Numbered from the stretch's first letter, positions 1-10,400 are shown. The stretch is 64,000 nucleotides of DNA from Planctomycetota bacterium (GCA_020851795.1 JADZCA010000117.1:8021-72020), one strand, 5' to 3'. Notes: generated from the sequence alone by a model not told the origin. Numbers and translations: made by a program.

Positions 1-1
1 C

Positions 2-511
2 GTGCTCGAGCGCACCGGCCTCCAGAAGGGGTCGCTCTACCACTATTTCCCGAGCAAGGACCACCTCGGGCACGCGGTGCTCGACCGCTGGACCGAGGAC
101 CTTCGGTCCCGCCTGCTCGACTTCCTGACGGCGCCCGACGGCCCGCCGCCGCTCGAGCGGATCGCCGCCGCGCTCGACGGGTTCCTCGCGCAGGCCGAGG
201 CGTCGGGGTGCCGCGGCGGGTGCCCGTTCGGCACGCTCGCCGCCGAGCTCGCCGACGTGGACGAGCGTTTCCGGCTCCGGCTGAGCGACGCGTTCCGCCG
301 CTTCTCCGACGGCTTCGGCGACCTCGTCGCGCGCGCGCGCGACGCGGGCGAGCTCCGCCCCGACGCCGACCCGCGCGCGATCGGCGACTTCCTCGTGGCC
401 GCCATCGAGGGCGGCATCCTCCTCGCCAAGGTGCACCGCTCGACCGCGCCGCTCACCGCGGCGCTGCGCGCGGCGGAGGCCCACCTCGCGTCGTTCCGCA
501 CGCGCGCCTGA
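2..511 (+). CDS. TetR/AcrR family transcriptional regulator (5' end outside window)
   Basis: N-terminal LQKGSLYHYFPSKDHL matches the end of a TetR HTH; the remainder is a typical TetR C-terminal ligand domain; the ORF begins at the window edge. Confidence 0.7.
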   Translation: MLERTGLQKGSLYHYFPSKDHLGHAVLDRWTEDLRSRLLDFLTAPDGPPPLERIAAALDGFLAQAEASGCRGGCPFGTLAAELADVDERFRLRLSDAFRRFSDGFGDLVARARDAGELRPDADPRAIGDFLVAAIEGGILLAKVHRSTAPLTAALRAAEAHLASFRTRA

Positions 512-527
512 CGCCGCCGGAGGCCGC

Positions 528-2033
528 GTGCGCACCGTCGCCCCCGCGGAGCCCCGCCCGCTGCGCGCGCCCGCGCGCGTGGCGGCGCTCGCCGCGCTCG
601 CGCTGCTGCCGATGGCGTGCGGGCGCGGGTCGCCCGCGCCGCCGGCGCCCGAGCCGGTGCGCTACGCCGCCGACGGACGCCCCGAGGGAACGGTCGGGAC
701 GCTCGCCCGCTGGAACGTGATGTGGGTGTGCCTCGACACGGTGCGCGCCGACGCCTTGCTCCCGTGGGCGACGGGCGCGCCGAAGATGCCGCTCACGTCG
801 GAGCTGCTCGGCCGCGAGGCCGTCGCGTTCGCCGACGCGACCTCCCCCGCGCCGTGGACCGGGCCCGCCGTGGCGTCGATGCTCACCGGCCTGCTGCCGT
901 CGGAGCACGGCGGCCGAGAGCTCTCCGACGCGTTCCGCGTCGTGCCGGCGGTGCCGACCGTCTTCGAGGTGCTCGGCGCGCAGGGGTGGCGCAGCGGCGC
1001 GTTCACGGGCGGCGGCTGGGTCTCGACGGAGAACGGCGTGCTCCAGGGCATCGAGCCCGACGAGGCGCACGCGCCGTTCTCGTTCGCCGGCGCCGCGACG
1101 ATGCTGCTCCGCTCGCAGCGGCTCACGCGCGCGGTCCGCCCGCGGCTCCTGTTCCTCCACACCTTCGAGGCGCACGACCCCTACCTCGGCCCGCCGGCGA
1201 GCCCGGGCACGGCCCCGCCGCCCGGGCCGACGTTCGACCTCGCGGCGATCGACCGCGAGGCCGAGCAAGACGGCGGGCGCGCGCTCGCGAGGCGGTTCCT
1301 CCTCGACGCGGGCTCCCGCGCGGTGGTCTTCGGCGGCGTGCACGGGCGACGCCGGCTCGCGACGGTCACGCGGTGGTTCGAGCGCGGGGTGCGCTCCGAC
1401 CCCGCGGCGCCCGCGCTCGTCGCCGAGGCCAAGGCCGCCTACGAGGCGGGGCTCGCGCGGCTGGACCGAGCGCTCGCCGCGTGGCTCTCCGCCTGCCTGA
1501 CGGAGGGCCTGCTCGACGACGCCGTGCTCGTCGTGACCGCCGACCACGGCGAGGGCTTCGGGGAGCACGGGACGATGCACCACGGCCGCCGCCTCTACGA
1601 CGAGCTGCTGCGGGTGCCGCTCTTCGTGCGCGCGCCGGGCTGGCCCCGCGGCAAGGTCGTGCGGGGCTCGTGCAGCCTCCTCGACGTGCTGCCGACGCTC
1701 GTGGACCTCGTCGGGCTGCCGCCGATGGCCGACGTGGCGGGTCGGTCCCTCGCTCCGCTCGTGCGCGGCGGCCCGGGCCGACCGGTGGTCGCGGAGGAAC
1801 GCCGCACCGAGGCCGAGACCGGGCTGCCCGGCGACGAGACGCTCGTCTCGGTGCGCGACGAACGGCGCAAGTGGATCCGCACCGTGGACCACCGGTCGGG
1901 CGCGGCGACCGAGGAGGCGTTCGACCTCGACGCAGACCCGCGCGAGGAGCGTCCGCTGCCCGCGTCCACGGTGGACGGGTGGCCGGCCGCCTTCCGCGAC
2001 GCCGTGCGCGAGGCCCGCGCCCGCGGGCGCTAG
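528..2033 (+). CDS. sulfatase-like hydrolase/transferase (alkaline phosphatase superfamily) lipoprotein
   Basis: GTG start; signal peptide with lipobox (ALLPMACG); motifs WVCLDTVRAD and VVTADHGEGFGEHG typical of the sulfatase/phosphotransferase family. Confidence 0.7.
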   Translation: MRTVAPAEPRPLRAPARVAALAALALLPMACGRGSPAPPAPEPVRYAADGRPEGTVGTLARWNVMWVCLDTVRADALLPWATGAPKMPLTSELLGREAVAFADATSPAPWTGPAVASMLTGLLPSEHGGRELSDAFRVVPAVPTVFEVLGAQGWRSGAFTGGGWVSTENGVLQGIEPDEAHAPFSFAGAATMLLRSQRLTRAVRPRLLFLHTFEAHDPYLGPPASPGTAPPPGPTFDLAAIDREAEQDGGRALARRFLLDAGSRAVVFGGVHGRRRLATVTRWFERGVRSDPAAPALVAEAKAAYEAGLARLDRALAAWLSACLTEGLLDDAVLVVTADHGEGFGEHGTMHHGRRLYDELLRVPLFVRAPGWPRGKVVRGSCSLLDVLPTLVDLVGLPPMADVAGRSLAPLVRGGPGRPVVAEERRTEAETGLPGDETLVSVRDERRKWIRTVDHRSGAATEEAFDLDADPREERPLPASTVDGWPAAFRDAVREARARGR

Positions 2034-2047
2034 GAGCCCGCCCCCCC

Positions 2048-2446
2048 GTGAAGGCGCTGGTCGCCCGCCTGCTCTTCGGACGTCGCGCGCGCCGGGCGCT
2101 GACCGCGGCCCGCGCCGATCTCGCCTCGGCGGGGACGGAGGCGGCGGTGGTGCGCCGCGCCGCCGTCGCGCGGGGGCGGCGTCGCCCGCTCGTCCTGCGC
2201 GGGGTCGCACGGGCTCTGGACGCGCTCCTGACCGAGGAGGAGGAACCGCGCCGCTGCCTGCCGCGCGCCGTGGCGCTGTTCGGGGAGGCGCGCGCCCTCG
2301 GGCACGAGCCGCGGCTCGTGCTCGGGGTCCGCAAGGCGGGCGACGCCGTGGAGTCCCACGCGTGGCTCGAGTGCGACGGGGCCCTGCTCCTCGAGGACCC
2401 GGCCACGCCGTCGCGGTTCGAGGTCGTCGCCCGGCTCCCGCGCTGA
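2048..2446 (+). CDS. lasso-peptide B2-like transglutaminase-like cysteine protease (orphan)
   Basis: 133 aa; Cys...His...Asp arrangement CLPRAVALF...GHEPRLVLGV...SHAWLECDG matches the C-terminal protease (PF13471-like) domain of McjB/lasso B2 proteins; GTG start in the same frame as spurious ORF 617..2446. Confidence 0.5.
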   Translation: MKALVARLLFGRRARRALTAARADLASAGTEAAVVRRAAVARGRRRPLVLRGVARALDALLTEEEEPRRCLPRAVALFGEARALGHEPRLVLGVRKAGDAVESHAWLECDGALLLEDPATPSRFEVVARLPR

Positions 2447-2498
2447 GCGGCGGGGGCACCGTCCCCGACGCGGCCCGCGCGGGTGCCGAGCGAGACCG

Positions 2499-3287
2499 TT
2501 GCCTCAGGACGCGCCGGGGGCTACACCCTACGGCGTGGGCACCCGGCCGGAGCACCGCCTCGCTGGGAAGCGCGCCGCCGAGCGGCGGGCGGTCGATCTC
2601 CGCCTCGAGCTGCGCGGCGGCGGGATCCTGCTGCACGGCCGCGCGATCGACCTCTCCGAACGGGGCGTGGGCGTGCGTCTCGGCGCGCGCGCGTTCGAGG
2701 GCTTCCGCGAGGTCCACGACATGCTCGGGGTCATGCGGCTGCTCGACCGCCACCTCGCCCGCGGCGTCGAGGTGCGCTTCCCGTCGCCGGGCGACGTCCG
2801 CGTGAACGGGCAGATCGTGCGCGTGTTCACGGCCCCGGGCGGCGCGACCGAGGAGGTCGCGATCGGGATCCGCTTCGCGCGGGCGCTGTCGCCCGTCGAG
2901 TGGGCCGCGGTGCTGGGGCTGCCGCCGCCGCCGCCTCGCGCGCCGATGCGCGACCTCGTGCGCGGGCGCGCCGTCGAGATCACGGCCTACGACGCGCTGC
3001 GCGGCGCCGCGCAGGGCCCGGTGGCGACGCTGCGCGTCGTGCGCGCCGCCGAGGACGGCGTCGAGGTCGTCTTCGCGGCCGGGCGCGTCGTGAGCGCCGC
3101 CGAGGCCCGCGAGCTGCTCGACCGCGGCCCGCTCGACGCGCGCATGACCTCGGCCGACGGCCTCGCGTGGCGAGGGCCGCTGCGCCTCGTCGAGCTGCGC
3201 GAGGGGACGGGCGGCGTGCCCTACATGCGGCTCGAGGCGATGGGCAAGCTCCCCGCCGAGCTGCTGCTGCGCCTCGCCAAGGCGTAG
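2499..3287 (+). CDS. PilZ domain protein
   Basis: RRAVDLRLEL...GRAIDLSERGVGV fits the PilZ RxxxR / DxSxxG c-di-GMP-binding motifs; 262 aa. Confidence 0.5.
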   Translation: MPQDAPGATPYGVGTRPEHRLAGKRAAERRAVDLRLELRGGGILLHGRAIDLSERGVGVRLGARAFEGFREVHDMLGVMRLLDRHLARGVEVRFPSPGDVRVNGQIVRVFTAPGGATEEVAIGIRFARALSPVEWAAVLGLPPPPPRAPMRDLVRGRAVEITAYDALRGAAQGPVATLRVVRAAEDGVEVVFAAGRVVSAAEARELLDRGPLDARMTSADGLAWRGPLRLVELREGTGGVPYMRLEAMGKLPAELLLRLAKA

Positions 3288-3300
3288 GCGCCGGCGGCCG

Positions 3301-3732
3301 ATGGGCACGCTCGTCCCGACGCCGCCCGACGACGAGCCGGGCGCCCCGCTCGACCCTCGCCCGCCGCGGCGCGGCGCCGCCGCGGGCGAGGCGGCGCGGC
3401 TGCTCGTCGCGGCCGCGGCGACGTGGGCGGGCGTCGGCGGCGCCACGCGCTTCGCGCGCGCGGTGGCCGAGGACGTCGGCATGGGCGCCGCGACCGCGCG
3501 CCTCGAGGCCTTCCCGCTGCTGCTCGTCGGGCTCGCCGCGGGCGTGCTGCTGCGCGTGCGCGCCGACCTGGACGCGCGCCTCCGCGCGGGCGGGGCGGTG
3601 CTCGTCGGCGCCGCGGCGGCGGTCGCGTCCGACGCGGGGGACCCGGTGGCGGTGGCACGGCGCCTCGCGCTGGTGCTGCTGCCCGCGTCGCTGTTCGCCT
3701 TCGGTCGCCGCGCGCTCGGGCGCCGTCGCTGA
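3301..3732 (+). CDS. hypothetical membrane protein
   Basis: Hydrophobic Ala/Leu/Val-rich segments; no recognisable domain; could be GC-driven noise. Confidence 0.25.
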   Translation: MGTLVPTPPDDEPGAPLDPRPPRRGAAAGEAARLLVAAAATWAGVGGATRFARAVAEDVGMGAATARLEAFPLLLVGLAAGVLLRVRADLDARLRAGGAVLVGAAAAVASDAGDPVAVARRLALVLLPASLFAFGRRALGRRR

Positions 3733-3753
3733 CGCGCGCGGTACCCTCTGCGC

Positions 3754-5040
3754 ATGGCGAGGCCCACGACCTTCCTCTTCGTCTCGACCTACGGCGGCAC
3801 GATGGACCTCGCGCGCAAGGTCGCCGAGGAGGGCCACGAGGTCCGGCTCTGGGTCGAGAGCGGGCCCGAGAAGCGCATCGGCGACGGGTTCGTCCCGAAG
3901 GTGGACGACTGGCGCCCGAGCACGGACTGGGCCGACGTGATCGTGTTCGACGACGTCGAGCGTGGGACCGAGGCCGAGGCGCTGCGCCGTGCGGGCAAGG
4001 CGGTCGTGGGCGGCACGCGCTACACCGACCGGCTCGAGCTCGACCGCGACTTCGGCCAGGCGGAGATGAAGGCGGCCGGCATGACGGTGCTCCCGTCGTG
4101 GGACTTCGACTCCTTCGACGCGGCCATCGCCTTCGTCAAGGCGCACCCCGACCGCTACGTGGTCAAGCCCGACGGCGAGGCGCAGAACGAGAAGGTGCTC
4201 TCCTACGTCGGGCAGGACGAGGACGGCGAGGACGTCGTCCACATGCTCGAGTTCTTCCGCCGCGGGTGGAGCGGGAAGATCCACGGCTTCCAGGTGCAGA
4301 AGCACGCCACCGGCGTCGAGGTCGCGGTGGGCGCGTTCTTCGACGGGAAGGACTTCCTGCTGCCCGCGTGCGTCAACTTCGAGCACAAGCGGCTCTTCGA
4401 CGGCGAGATCGGCCCGTCCACCGGCGAGATGGGCACGAGCATGTTCTGGGCGAACGAGAACCCGCTCGTGCGCGAGACCGTCCTGCGGTTCCGCGAGCGC
4501 CTCGCGGCGGTGGGCTACGTCGGCTACTTCGACCTCAACTGCATCGCCAGCGCGCGCGGGATCGTGCCGCTCGAGGCGACGGCGCGGTTCGGCTACCCGA
4601 CGATCAGCATCCAGCAGGACGGCGTCCTCTCGCCCTGGGGCGAGCTCCTCGCGGCGCTGGCGCGCGGCGAGCCGCACCACCTCCGCACCAAGCGAGGCTT
4701 CCAGGTGGGCGTCGTCGTCGCGACGCCGCCGTACCCGTTCGACGACCGCAAGGCCTTCCAGAAGTACGCCGAGGACTCGGTGGTGCTCTGGCGCCGCCCG
4801 CTCCCCGAGGGCGTCCACCCCTGCGACGTGCGCCGCAGCCCCGAGGGCGACTGGCTGCTGACCGGCTCGTCGGGGTACGCGCTCGTCGTGACGGGCTGCG
4901 CGAGCACGATGGTGGACGCGCGCAAGGAAGCCTACAACCGCGTCAAGTCGATCATCATCCCGAACATGTTCTACCGCAGCGACATCGGCGCCCGCTGGGT
5001 GCGCGACGGCGACCTGCTGCAGTCGTGGGGCTACCTGTGA
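3754..5040 (+). CDS. ATP-grasp enzyme, phosphoribosylamine-glycine ligase (PurD)-like
   Basis: 428 aa, normal amino-acid composition; N-terminal Rossmann-like region, central ATP-grasp-like region (VVKPDGEAQNEKV, EFFRRGWSG) and C-terminal domain in the order seen in GAR synthetase; divergent from canonical PurD. Confidence 0.55.
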   Translation: MARPTTFLFVSTYGGTMDLARKVAEEGHEVRLWVESGPEKRIGDGFVPKVDDWRPSTDWADVIVFDDVERGTEAEALRRAGKAVVGGTRYTDRLELDRDFGQAEMKAAGMTVLPSWDFDSFDAAIAFVKAHPDRYVVKPDGEAQNEKVLSYVGQDEDGEDVVHMLEFFRRGWSGKIHGFQVQKHATGVEVAVGAFFDGKDFLLPACVNFEHKRLFDGEIGPSTGEMGTSMFWANENPLVRETVLRFRERLAAVGYVGYFDLNCIASARGIVPLEATARFGYPTISIQQDGVLSPWGELLAALARGEPHHLRTKRGFQVGVVVATPPYPFDDRKAFQKYAEDSVVLWRRPLPEGVHPCDVRRSPEGDWLLTGSSGYALVVTGCASTMVDARKEAYNRVKSIIIPNMFYRSDIGARWVRDGDLLQSWGYL

Positions 5041-5059
5041 CGGGACCGGGCGCCGCCGG

Positions 5060-6607
5060 TCAGACGCCGTGCCGTGCGCGCAGCACGGCCGCGGCGGCGG
5101 ACGCGGCGGCGAGCTTGCCCTCCGCCACCGCCGCGGAGGCGATCGGGTTGTCGGCGAAGGTCGCGAAGCCGCAGTCGGGGACCAGGAGCACGCGGTCGGC
5201 GCCGAGCACGCGCACGGCGCGCTCGGCCCGCTCGACGACCTCGTCGCGGGTCTCGACGCGCGGGCTCTTCTGGTCGAGCACGCCGACGCCGACGCGCCGG
5301 TCGCGCGGCAGGTCGGCGAGGACCTCCACGTCGCCCGCACGCTTGGTGCACAGCTCGAGCATCAGCGTGCCGACGGGGACCCTCGAGAGCACGCCGAGCA
5401 GCGGGCGGTAGTCGCCCGAGAGCGCGGCCGCCTCGTCCGGCGTCCAGTTCCCGCGGCACATGTGGAGCGCGAGCCGCTCGCGCGGGAAGCCCGCGAGCGT
5501 CGCGGCGAGCAGCGTCTCCGCGAACGCGAGCTCCTCCGCCGGCGCGCGCTTCTCGCCGAGCGCCCCGCACATGAACGTGCGCTCCTTCGACGGCCGCCCG
5601 AAGACGACCTCGGAGAGCACCGGTTCGTCCACCTGCACGAGCGCCGCCCCCCCCGCCAGCAGCGCGGCGACCTCGGCGCGCAGCGCGCGGACGACGTCGG
5701 CGGCCAGGGCCTCGCGGTCCGTGTAGGCGTTGTCGGAGACGCACTCCATCCACATCGTGCGCGTGAGCAGGTACGGCCCGGGGAGCGCGACCTTCGCGGG
5801 GAGGGCGGTCACGCGGCGCAGGAACGCGAGCTCGTGCGCGGCCACCGGCCGCCGCCGCACGATGCGCCCCACGACCGCGGGGTGGCGGACCTTCTCGGCC
5901 GGCACGTCGAGCGAGCGCAGCTGGCGCTCGAACGCCGCGGGGTCGTGGACGTAGGGGAGCAGGTCGGTGACCGGCACGAGCTGGCAGCCGTCGAGGCGGG
6001 CGCCCACGAACGACGCGTAGTTGTCGCGGCGCTGCTCGCCGTCGGTGACGAGGTCCACGCCGGCGCGTCGCTGCGCCTCGACGACGAGCCGCACGGCGTC
6101 GTCGGCGGCGGCCTCGAACTCCGCCTCGGGGAGGCGGCCCTCGAGCCGCTCGTGCAGCGCCCGCAGCAGCCACGCCGGACGCGGCCACGAGCCGATCCCC
6201 ATCACCGAGAACGGCCGCACCGCGGGCGCGGGCGCCGGCGCGGGCAGCGTCTCGTCGTCGGGGGCGACGGGCGCCGACGCGGCCCGCGCGCCCGCCGTCA
6301 CGACGGGGGCGACGGGCGTCGCGGGCGGCGCGCCGGCCGTGCGCGCGACGTCGAAGGCGCCCTTGGCGACGAGGAACGAGTGGACGCCGCCCTCGACGAG
6401 GTGGCTGACGAGCTCGTTGCCCGTGAGGCGGCACCACGCGGGGAGGTCGTCGCCGACGGAGAGCTCGCGCGAGACGACCTCGAGCAGCTCGCCCGGCGCG
6501 AGCGGGTCGATGTGCTTGCGGATCAGCAGCAGCAGCCCGCTGCCGCAGTCGAGGTCGCCGCCGTCGAACGAGGCGCGCGGCGGGTGGGGATGGCGGAACG
6601 TGGGCAC
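5060..6607 (-). CDS. TusA-like domain fused to MetE-like (cobalamin-independent methionine synthase C-terminal-type) domain
   Basis: N-terminal LDCGSGLLLLIRKHIDPLAPGELLEVVSRELSVGDDLPAWCRLTGNELV aligns to the TusA fold but has Cys-Gly in place of the CPxP Cys-Pro; the C-terminal ~350 aa carry MetE/UROD-like motifs (VDLVTDGEQRRDNYASF, LHMCRGNW). Confidence 0.6.
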   Translation of the reverse strand: MPTFRHPHPPRASFDGGDLDCGSGLLLLIRKHIDPLAPGELLEVVSRELSVGDDLPAWCRLTGNELVSHLVEGGVHSFLVAKGAFDVARTAGAPPATPVAPVVTAGARAASAPVAPDDETLPAPAPAPAVRPFSVMGIGSWPRPAWLLRALHERLEGRLPEAEFEAAADDAVRLVVEAQRRAGVDLVTDGEQRRDNYASFVGARLDGCQLVPVTDLLPYVHDPAAFERQLRSLDVPAEKVRHPAVVGRIVRRRPVAAHELAFLRRVTALPAKVALPGPYLLTRTMWMECVSDNAYTDREALAADVVRALRAEVAALLAGGAALVQVDEPVLSEVVFGRPSKERTFMCGALGEKRAPAEELAFAETLLAATLAGFPRERLALHMCRGNWTPDEAAALSGDYRPLLGVLSRVPVGTLMLELCTKRAGDVEVLADLPRDRRVGVGVLDQKSPRVETRDEVVERAERAVRVLGADRVLLVPDCGFATFADNPIASAAVAEGKLAAASAAAAVLRARHGV

Positions 6608-6760
6608 GGCGGGTCGCCTCCGAGGGACGGGCGACGCGCTCGGCGCGCGGGCGGAGGTCCGTCCGCGGCCGGGCGCGGGGACGGGAGCGACCGCGGGCGC
6701 CGCGACGGCGCGGGGCCCGCGGCGACGCGCGACGGGGGGCGTCGCGCGCCGGCGGGGCGG

Positions 6761-7123
6761 TCAGAAGGAGATCGACGCGCAGCCGGGCGCCATGAACTCG
6801 ACGAGCTTCGCGCCGCCGACGATCTTGGCGCCGGCGACGAGCCTGGTCTCGTCGAGCTTGCGCTTCTTGAAGCAGGGCGAGCACACGAAGATCGAGCCGC
6901 CGGCGGCGGCGAAGCCCGCCATCAGGTCCTTGAGCGGCGCGAAGCCCTCTTCGTGGACGTCGTCGGCGTAGCCGACCTGCGACAGGCGGACGCCCTCGAT
7001 CGTCAGGAAGACGACGACCTCCTGCCCCGACGCGACGGCGGCGTTGGCGACGACGAACGCGACCGTCGCCTTGTCGGGGTTGTCCTTCGCGAACGAGAGC
7101 GAGACGCAGAATCTCCCGGGCAT
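6761..7123 (-). CDS. DsrE/DsrF/TusD family sulfur-relay protein
   Basis: 120 aa; DsrE-like fold signature with the conserved Cys region (FVCSPCFKK); 1-2 nt from the upstream TusA-like gene. Confidence 0.7.
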   Translation of the reverse strand: MPGRFCVSLSFAKDNPDKATVAFVVANAAVASGQEVVVFLTIEGVRLSQVGYADDVHEEGFAPLKDLMAGFAAAGGSIFVCSPCFKKRKLDETRLVAGAKIVGGAKLVEFMAPGCASISF

Positions 7124-7124
7124 G

Positions 7125-7364
7125 TCAGACCTCCCTCGGCTTCTCGATGAGGTAGACGGGCGGCTCCGCGAGGAGGAGCGGGTGTCCCGTCATGCGGCAC
7201 CAACTGGGCACGTCCTCGGGGGCACCGGGATCCCGCGCGAGGAGCCGCAGCACCGCGCCCGGTCGCAACGTCTTCATGCGCAGCTTGAGCGCCAGCACGA
7301 GGTCGCCGCAACCGAGCGGGCCCGCGTCCCACTCGACGTCCGGGGTCGGGAGCTCCGGGGGCAT
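7125..7364 (-). CDS. TusA-like sulfurtransferase (Cys-Gly variant)
   Basis: 79 aa; DVEWDAGPLGCGDLVLALKLRMKTLRPGAVLRLLARDPGAPEDVPSWCRMTGHPLL aligns to TusA; it is the C-terminal tail of spurious ORF 7125..9734. Confidence 0.65.
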   Translation of the reverse strand: MPPELPTPDVEWDAGPLGCGDLVLALKLRMKTLRPGAVLRLLARDPGAPEDVPSWCRMTGHPLLLAEPPVYLIEKPREV

Positions 7365-7474
7365 GCGTCGAGTGTAGGTCCGCGCGCACCTGCGCGCAGC
7401 GAATGCCACCGTGCCGGCGCTCGCCGTCGGCCGGCGCGCCGCGAGGCCCCTCGTCTTCCGTGGGGGATCCGCGC

Positions 7475-10400
7475 TCAGTCCGCGGCGACGCGGACGTCGC
7501 GTGCGCCGGCGGCGACGGGCGCGCCGCGCGCGACCGACGTCCGGCCCCCGCCGGTGGCCTGGACGAGCACGCGCCACGTCGTGCCCTCGGGGAGGCCTCG
7601 CACCTCGAAGCGGCCGTCCGCGTCGCGCGTCCCCTCCACGGTCGCGTCGAACTCCTCGCACCACGCGCTCACGCGCACCTCGGTCGCCCACGCCGGGGCC
7701 TCGGCGGTCCCCGTCACCGACAGCCCGCCGTCGAGCCGGAGCCGGGCCTCGCGCCCCGGCGCGGCGTCGCGCGCGAGCGCCGACCGCCCGCGCGCGTCGG
7801 GCGCGACGAAGAGCGAGACGAGGTCGTCGCGCGCGAGCCCGCGCAGGGTCGCGGTCTCGCGCTCCAGCGTCGCGGCGCGCAGCTCGGTCGAGCCGTCGGC
7901 GCGGCGCACCCGTGCGAGCAGGAACGTCGGCACCGCGCCCCCGTCGGGGTCGGTGACGCGCACGACGAGGTCCGCGCCCGGGTCGATCACGACCGACGCG
8001 TCGGTCTCGCCGGCCGCGAGGGTCCGGCGCGCCGAGCCGACACGCGCGGCGGCGCGCGGCGGCGCCGCGCCCGAGAGCCACGCGTCGAGCACGACCCCGT
8101 CTTCGTCGGGCAGCAGCAGCTCGAACCGCCCGTCGGCGCCGGTGACCGCGCCGCCGCTGCGGCCGTCGCGTGCGCGGAACGCGACGGAGGCCTGCAACGG
8201 GACGCCCGACGGGTCGCGCACGACCCCCACCGCCCGGCGGGCCGCGACCAGCCGCACGCGGGTGTCGCGCGGCGTCCAGGGCCGCACCTCGGCCGCGAAC
8301 CGCGGCGGCTCGGGCGGCGGCGTCACGACCAGCGCGCCGGGACGGCCCGGCTCCACGCCACGGAGCGACGCCCGGCCGTCCGCACCGGTGCGCGCGACGC
8401 GGCGCGTCGCCTCGGGCGACCCGCCGTCGGGCGTCGCGAGCGACGCGGCCTCGACCACCGCGTCGGCGACGGGCCGGTCGTCGGGCCCGAGGACGGTGAC
8501 GACGACGACGGGGCTGGCGCGGAGCGTCAGCACGAGGCCCGTGCGGCCGCCGCGCGCGGCGACGGGCGTCGGGGCGAGGAACGCGTCGGGCGGGTGGACG
8601 ACGAGGGTGACGTCCACGTCGCCCTGGCCGTCGAGCCGGAACCGCCCGTCCGCGTCGGAGACGGCGCGTGCAGCACGGTCGAGCCCGAGCACCGGGTCGT
8701 CGCCGGGCCGCACCGCGAACACCGCGGCGCCCGGCACGGGAGCGCGGTCGGGCCCGACCACGACGCCGGCGATCGCGCGCGGCGGCGGCAGCGAGACCTC
8801 GACGCGGTCGGTTCCGCGCACGACGGGGCCGACGGTGGCGGGCCCCGCGGCGAGCGGCGCGCCTGCGGCGTCGGTGGGGTCGAAGACGTCCACGAGGCGG
8901 GGCGCGAGGGGCGCTCCGGCGACGGTCGCGACGCCGTCCTTCGCCTCGCCCTCCCACGCGACCCGACCCTCCTCGCGGACGCGCACGCGGGCCCGCGGCA
9001 CGGGCGCGCCGTCGGGCCCGCGCACGTGCACGACGAGCGCGTCGGCCAGCGCGGCCGAGCGGGCGAGCGTCAGCGTCGCCTCGCCTCCGGCGTCCGCCGC
9101 GACCTCGGCGGAGCGCTCCGGCTCGCCGGGCACGCGGCGCAGCACGGTGAGCACGTAGCGGCCCGGCGCGAGGCCGCGGAAGACGAAGCGCCCCTCGCCG
9201 TCGGTGGCCTCCGCGGGTCGCCGTGTCCCGGCGGGGTCGGCCGGCACGAGCGAGACGCGCACGAGCGGGACCGGCCGGCCCCCGTCCTCGACGACGGTGC
9301 CGTGCAGCGCGAGGCCGCGCCGGAGGGCGACGCGCACCCGAGTCGCCTCGGGCGCGAGCGAGGCCGTCCCGCTCTCGACCGCGTCCTCGTGCTCGGCCCG
9401 CAGCCGGACTTCGCCGGCGGGCAACGGCCCGACCGTCGCCACGCCGCCGGCGCCCGCGGTGAACGTGCGCACCACCGGCGGCGCGCGCGGCGGCGTCTCG
9501 ACCCACGACACCCGAGCGAACGGCACGGGCGCGGCGCCGCCGTCCTCGACGACTTCGACCGACGCGCGCCGCGCCGGCGGGAGCGCGACGTCGACCGTCG
9601 CCGGCTCCGACGACGAGACCGCCGGGACGTCGGCGCGCGTCGTCCGACGGTCGGGGGCGGTGACGACGAGCACGTACGACGCCCCGTCGGCGAGCCCGTC
9701 GAACGCGAAGGCGCCCGACGCGTCGGTCGCGCACGAGGCGACGGGCGTCGGCGGCGCGTCCGGCGGCGCGAGGTCCACTCGGGCGATCGCCCCCTCCACC
9801 GCGCGGCCGTCCCCGTCGCGGACGGTGCCCGACAGCCGCGCGGCGCGGCGGACGCGCACCTCGACCGTCGCGACGCCACCGGGCGGCACCGTCGCGGTGG
9901 CCGGACCGAGCGCCGAGGTCAGCGTCTCGACGAGCCGCTCGGTCACCCAGCCGCCGCCCTCGACCGCGGCCACCACGTCACCCGAGGGCACGCCGTCGAG
10001 CGCGAAGCGCCCGTCAGGGTCCGTCGTCGCGGTGGGGAGGGCCGCTCGGACCGCCCCCCGCGTGGGACGCGCCGTGACGCGCACGCCGGCCACGGGCGCG
10101 CCGCTCTCGGCCGCCACGACCCGTCCGTCCAGCCGCCCGTGGCGGAGCAGGCGCACGTCGGTCGCCCCGCCCGTCCCCGCCTCGGAGACGGTCCCGATCC
10201 ACCACGCCCAGCCGTTCGCCGCGGCGAAGAGCGTGCGCTCGTTGCCCGGAGGCAGCTCGAGGCGCCAGCGGCCCAGCGCGTCCGAGACCGTGCGCCGCAC
10301 CGTCATCTCGAAGGACCCGCCGCGGCCCGCGGCCACGACCTCGACCCCCGCGACGGCGCGGGCGTCGTCGTCGGAGATCGTCCTCCCGTCGGTCACGACG

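Noticed and set aside
453-3767. 1104-aa minus-strand ORF, and similar giants (617..2446 +, 2980..5340 -, 5069..7150 +, 7125..9734 -, 7403..11176 +, 20809..27267 +, 21467..26617 -, 34589..41629 +, 32362..35088 -, 49573..53856 -)
   Set aside because: They are Arg/Ala/Gly/Pro-dominated, have no domains, and lie antisense or out of frame to genes with clear domain signatures. This is the expected stop-codon-poor behaviour of ~72% GC DNA.
2048-5040. Complete lasso-peptide biosynthetic cluster
   Set aside because: No asparagine-synthetase-like cyclase (C), no PqqD-like B1 and no candidate precursor is visible. Only the B2-like protease is present.
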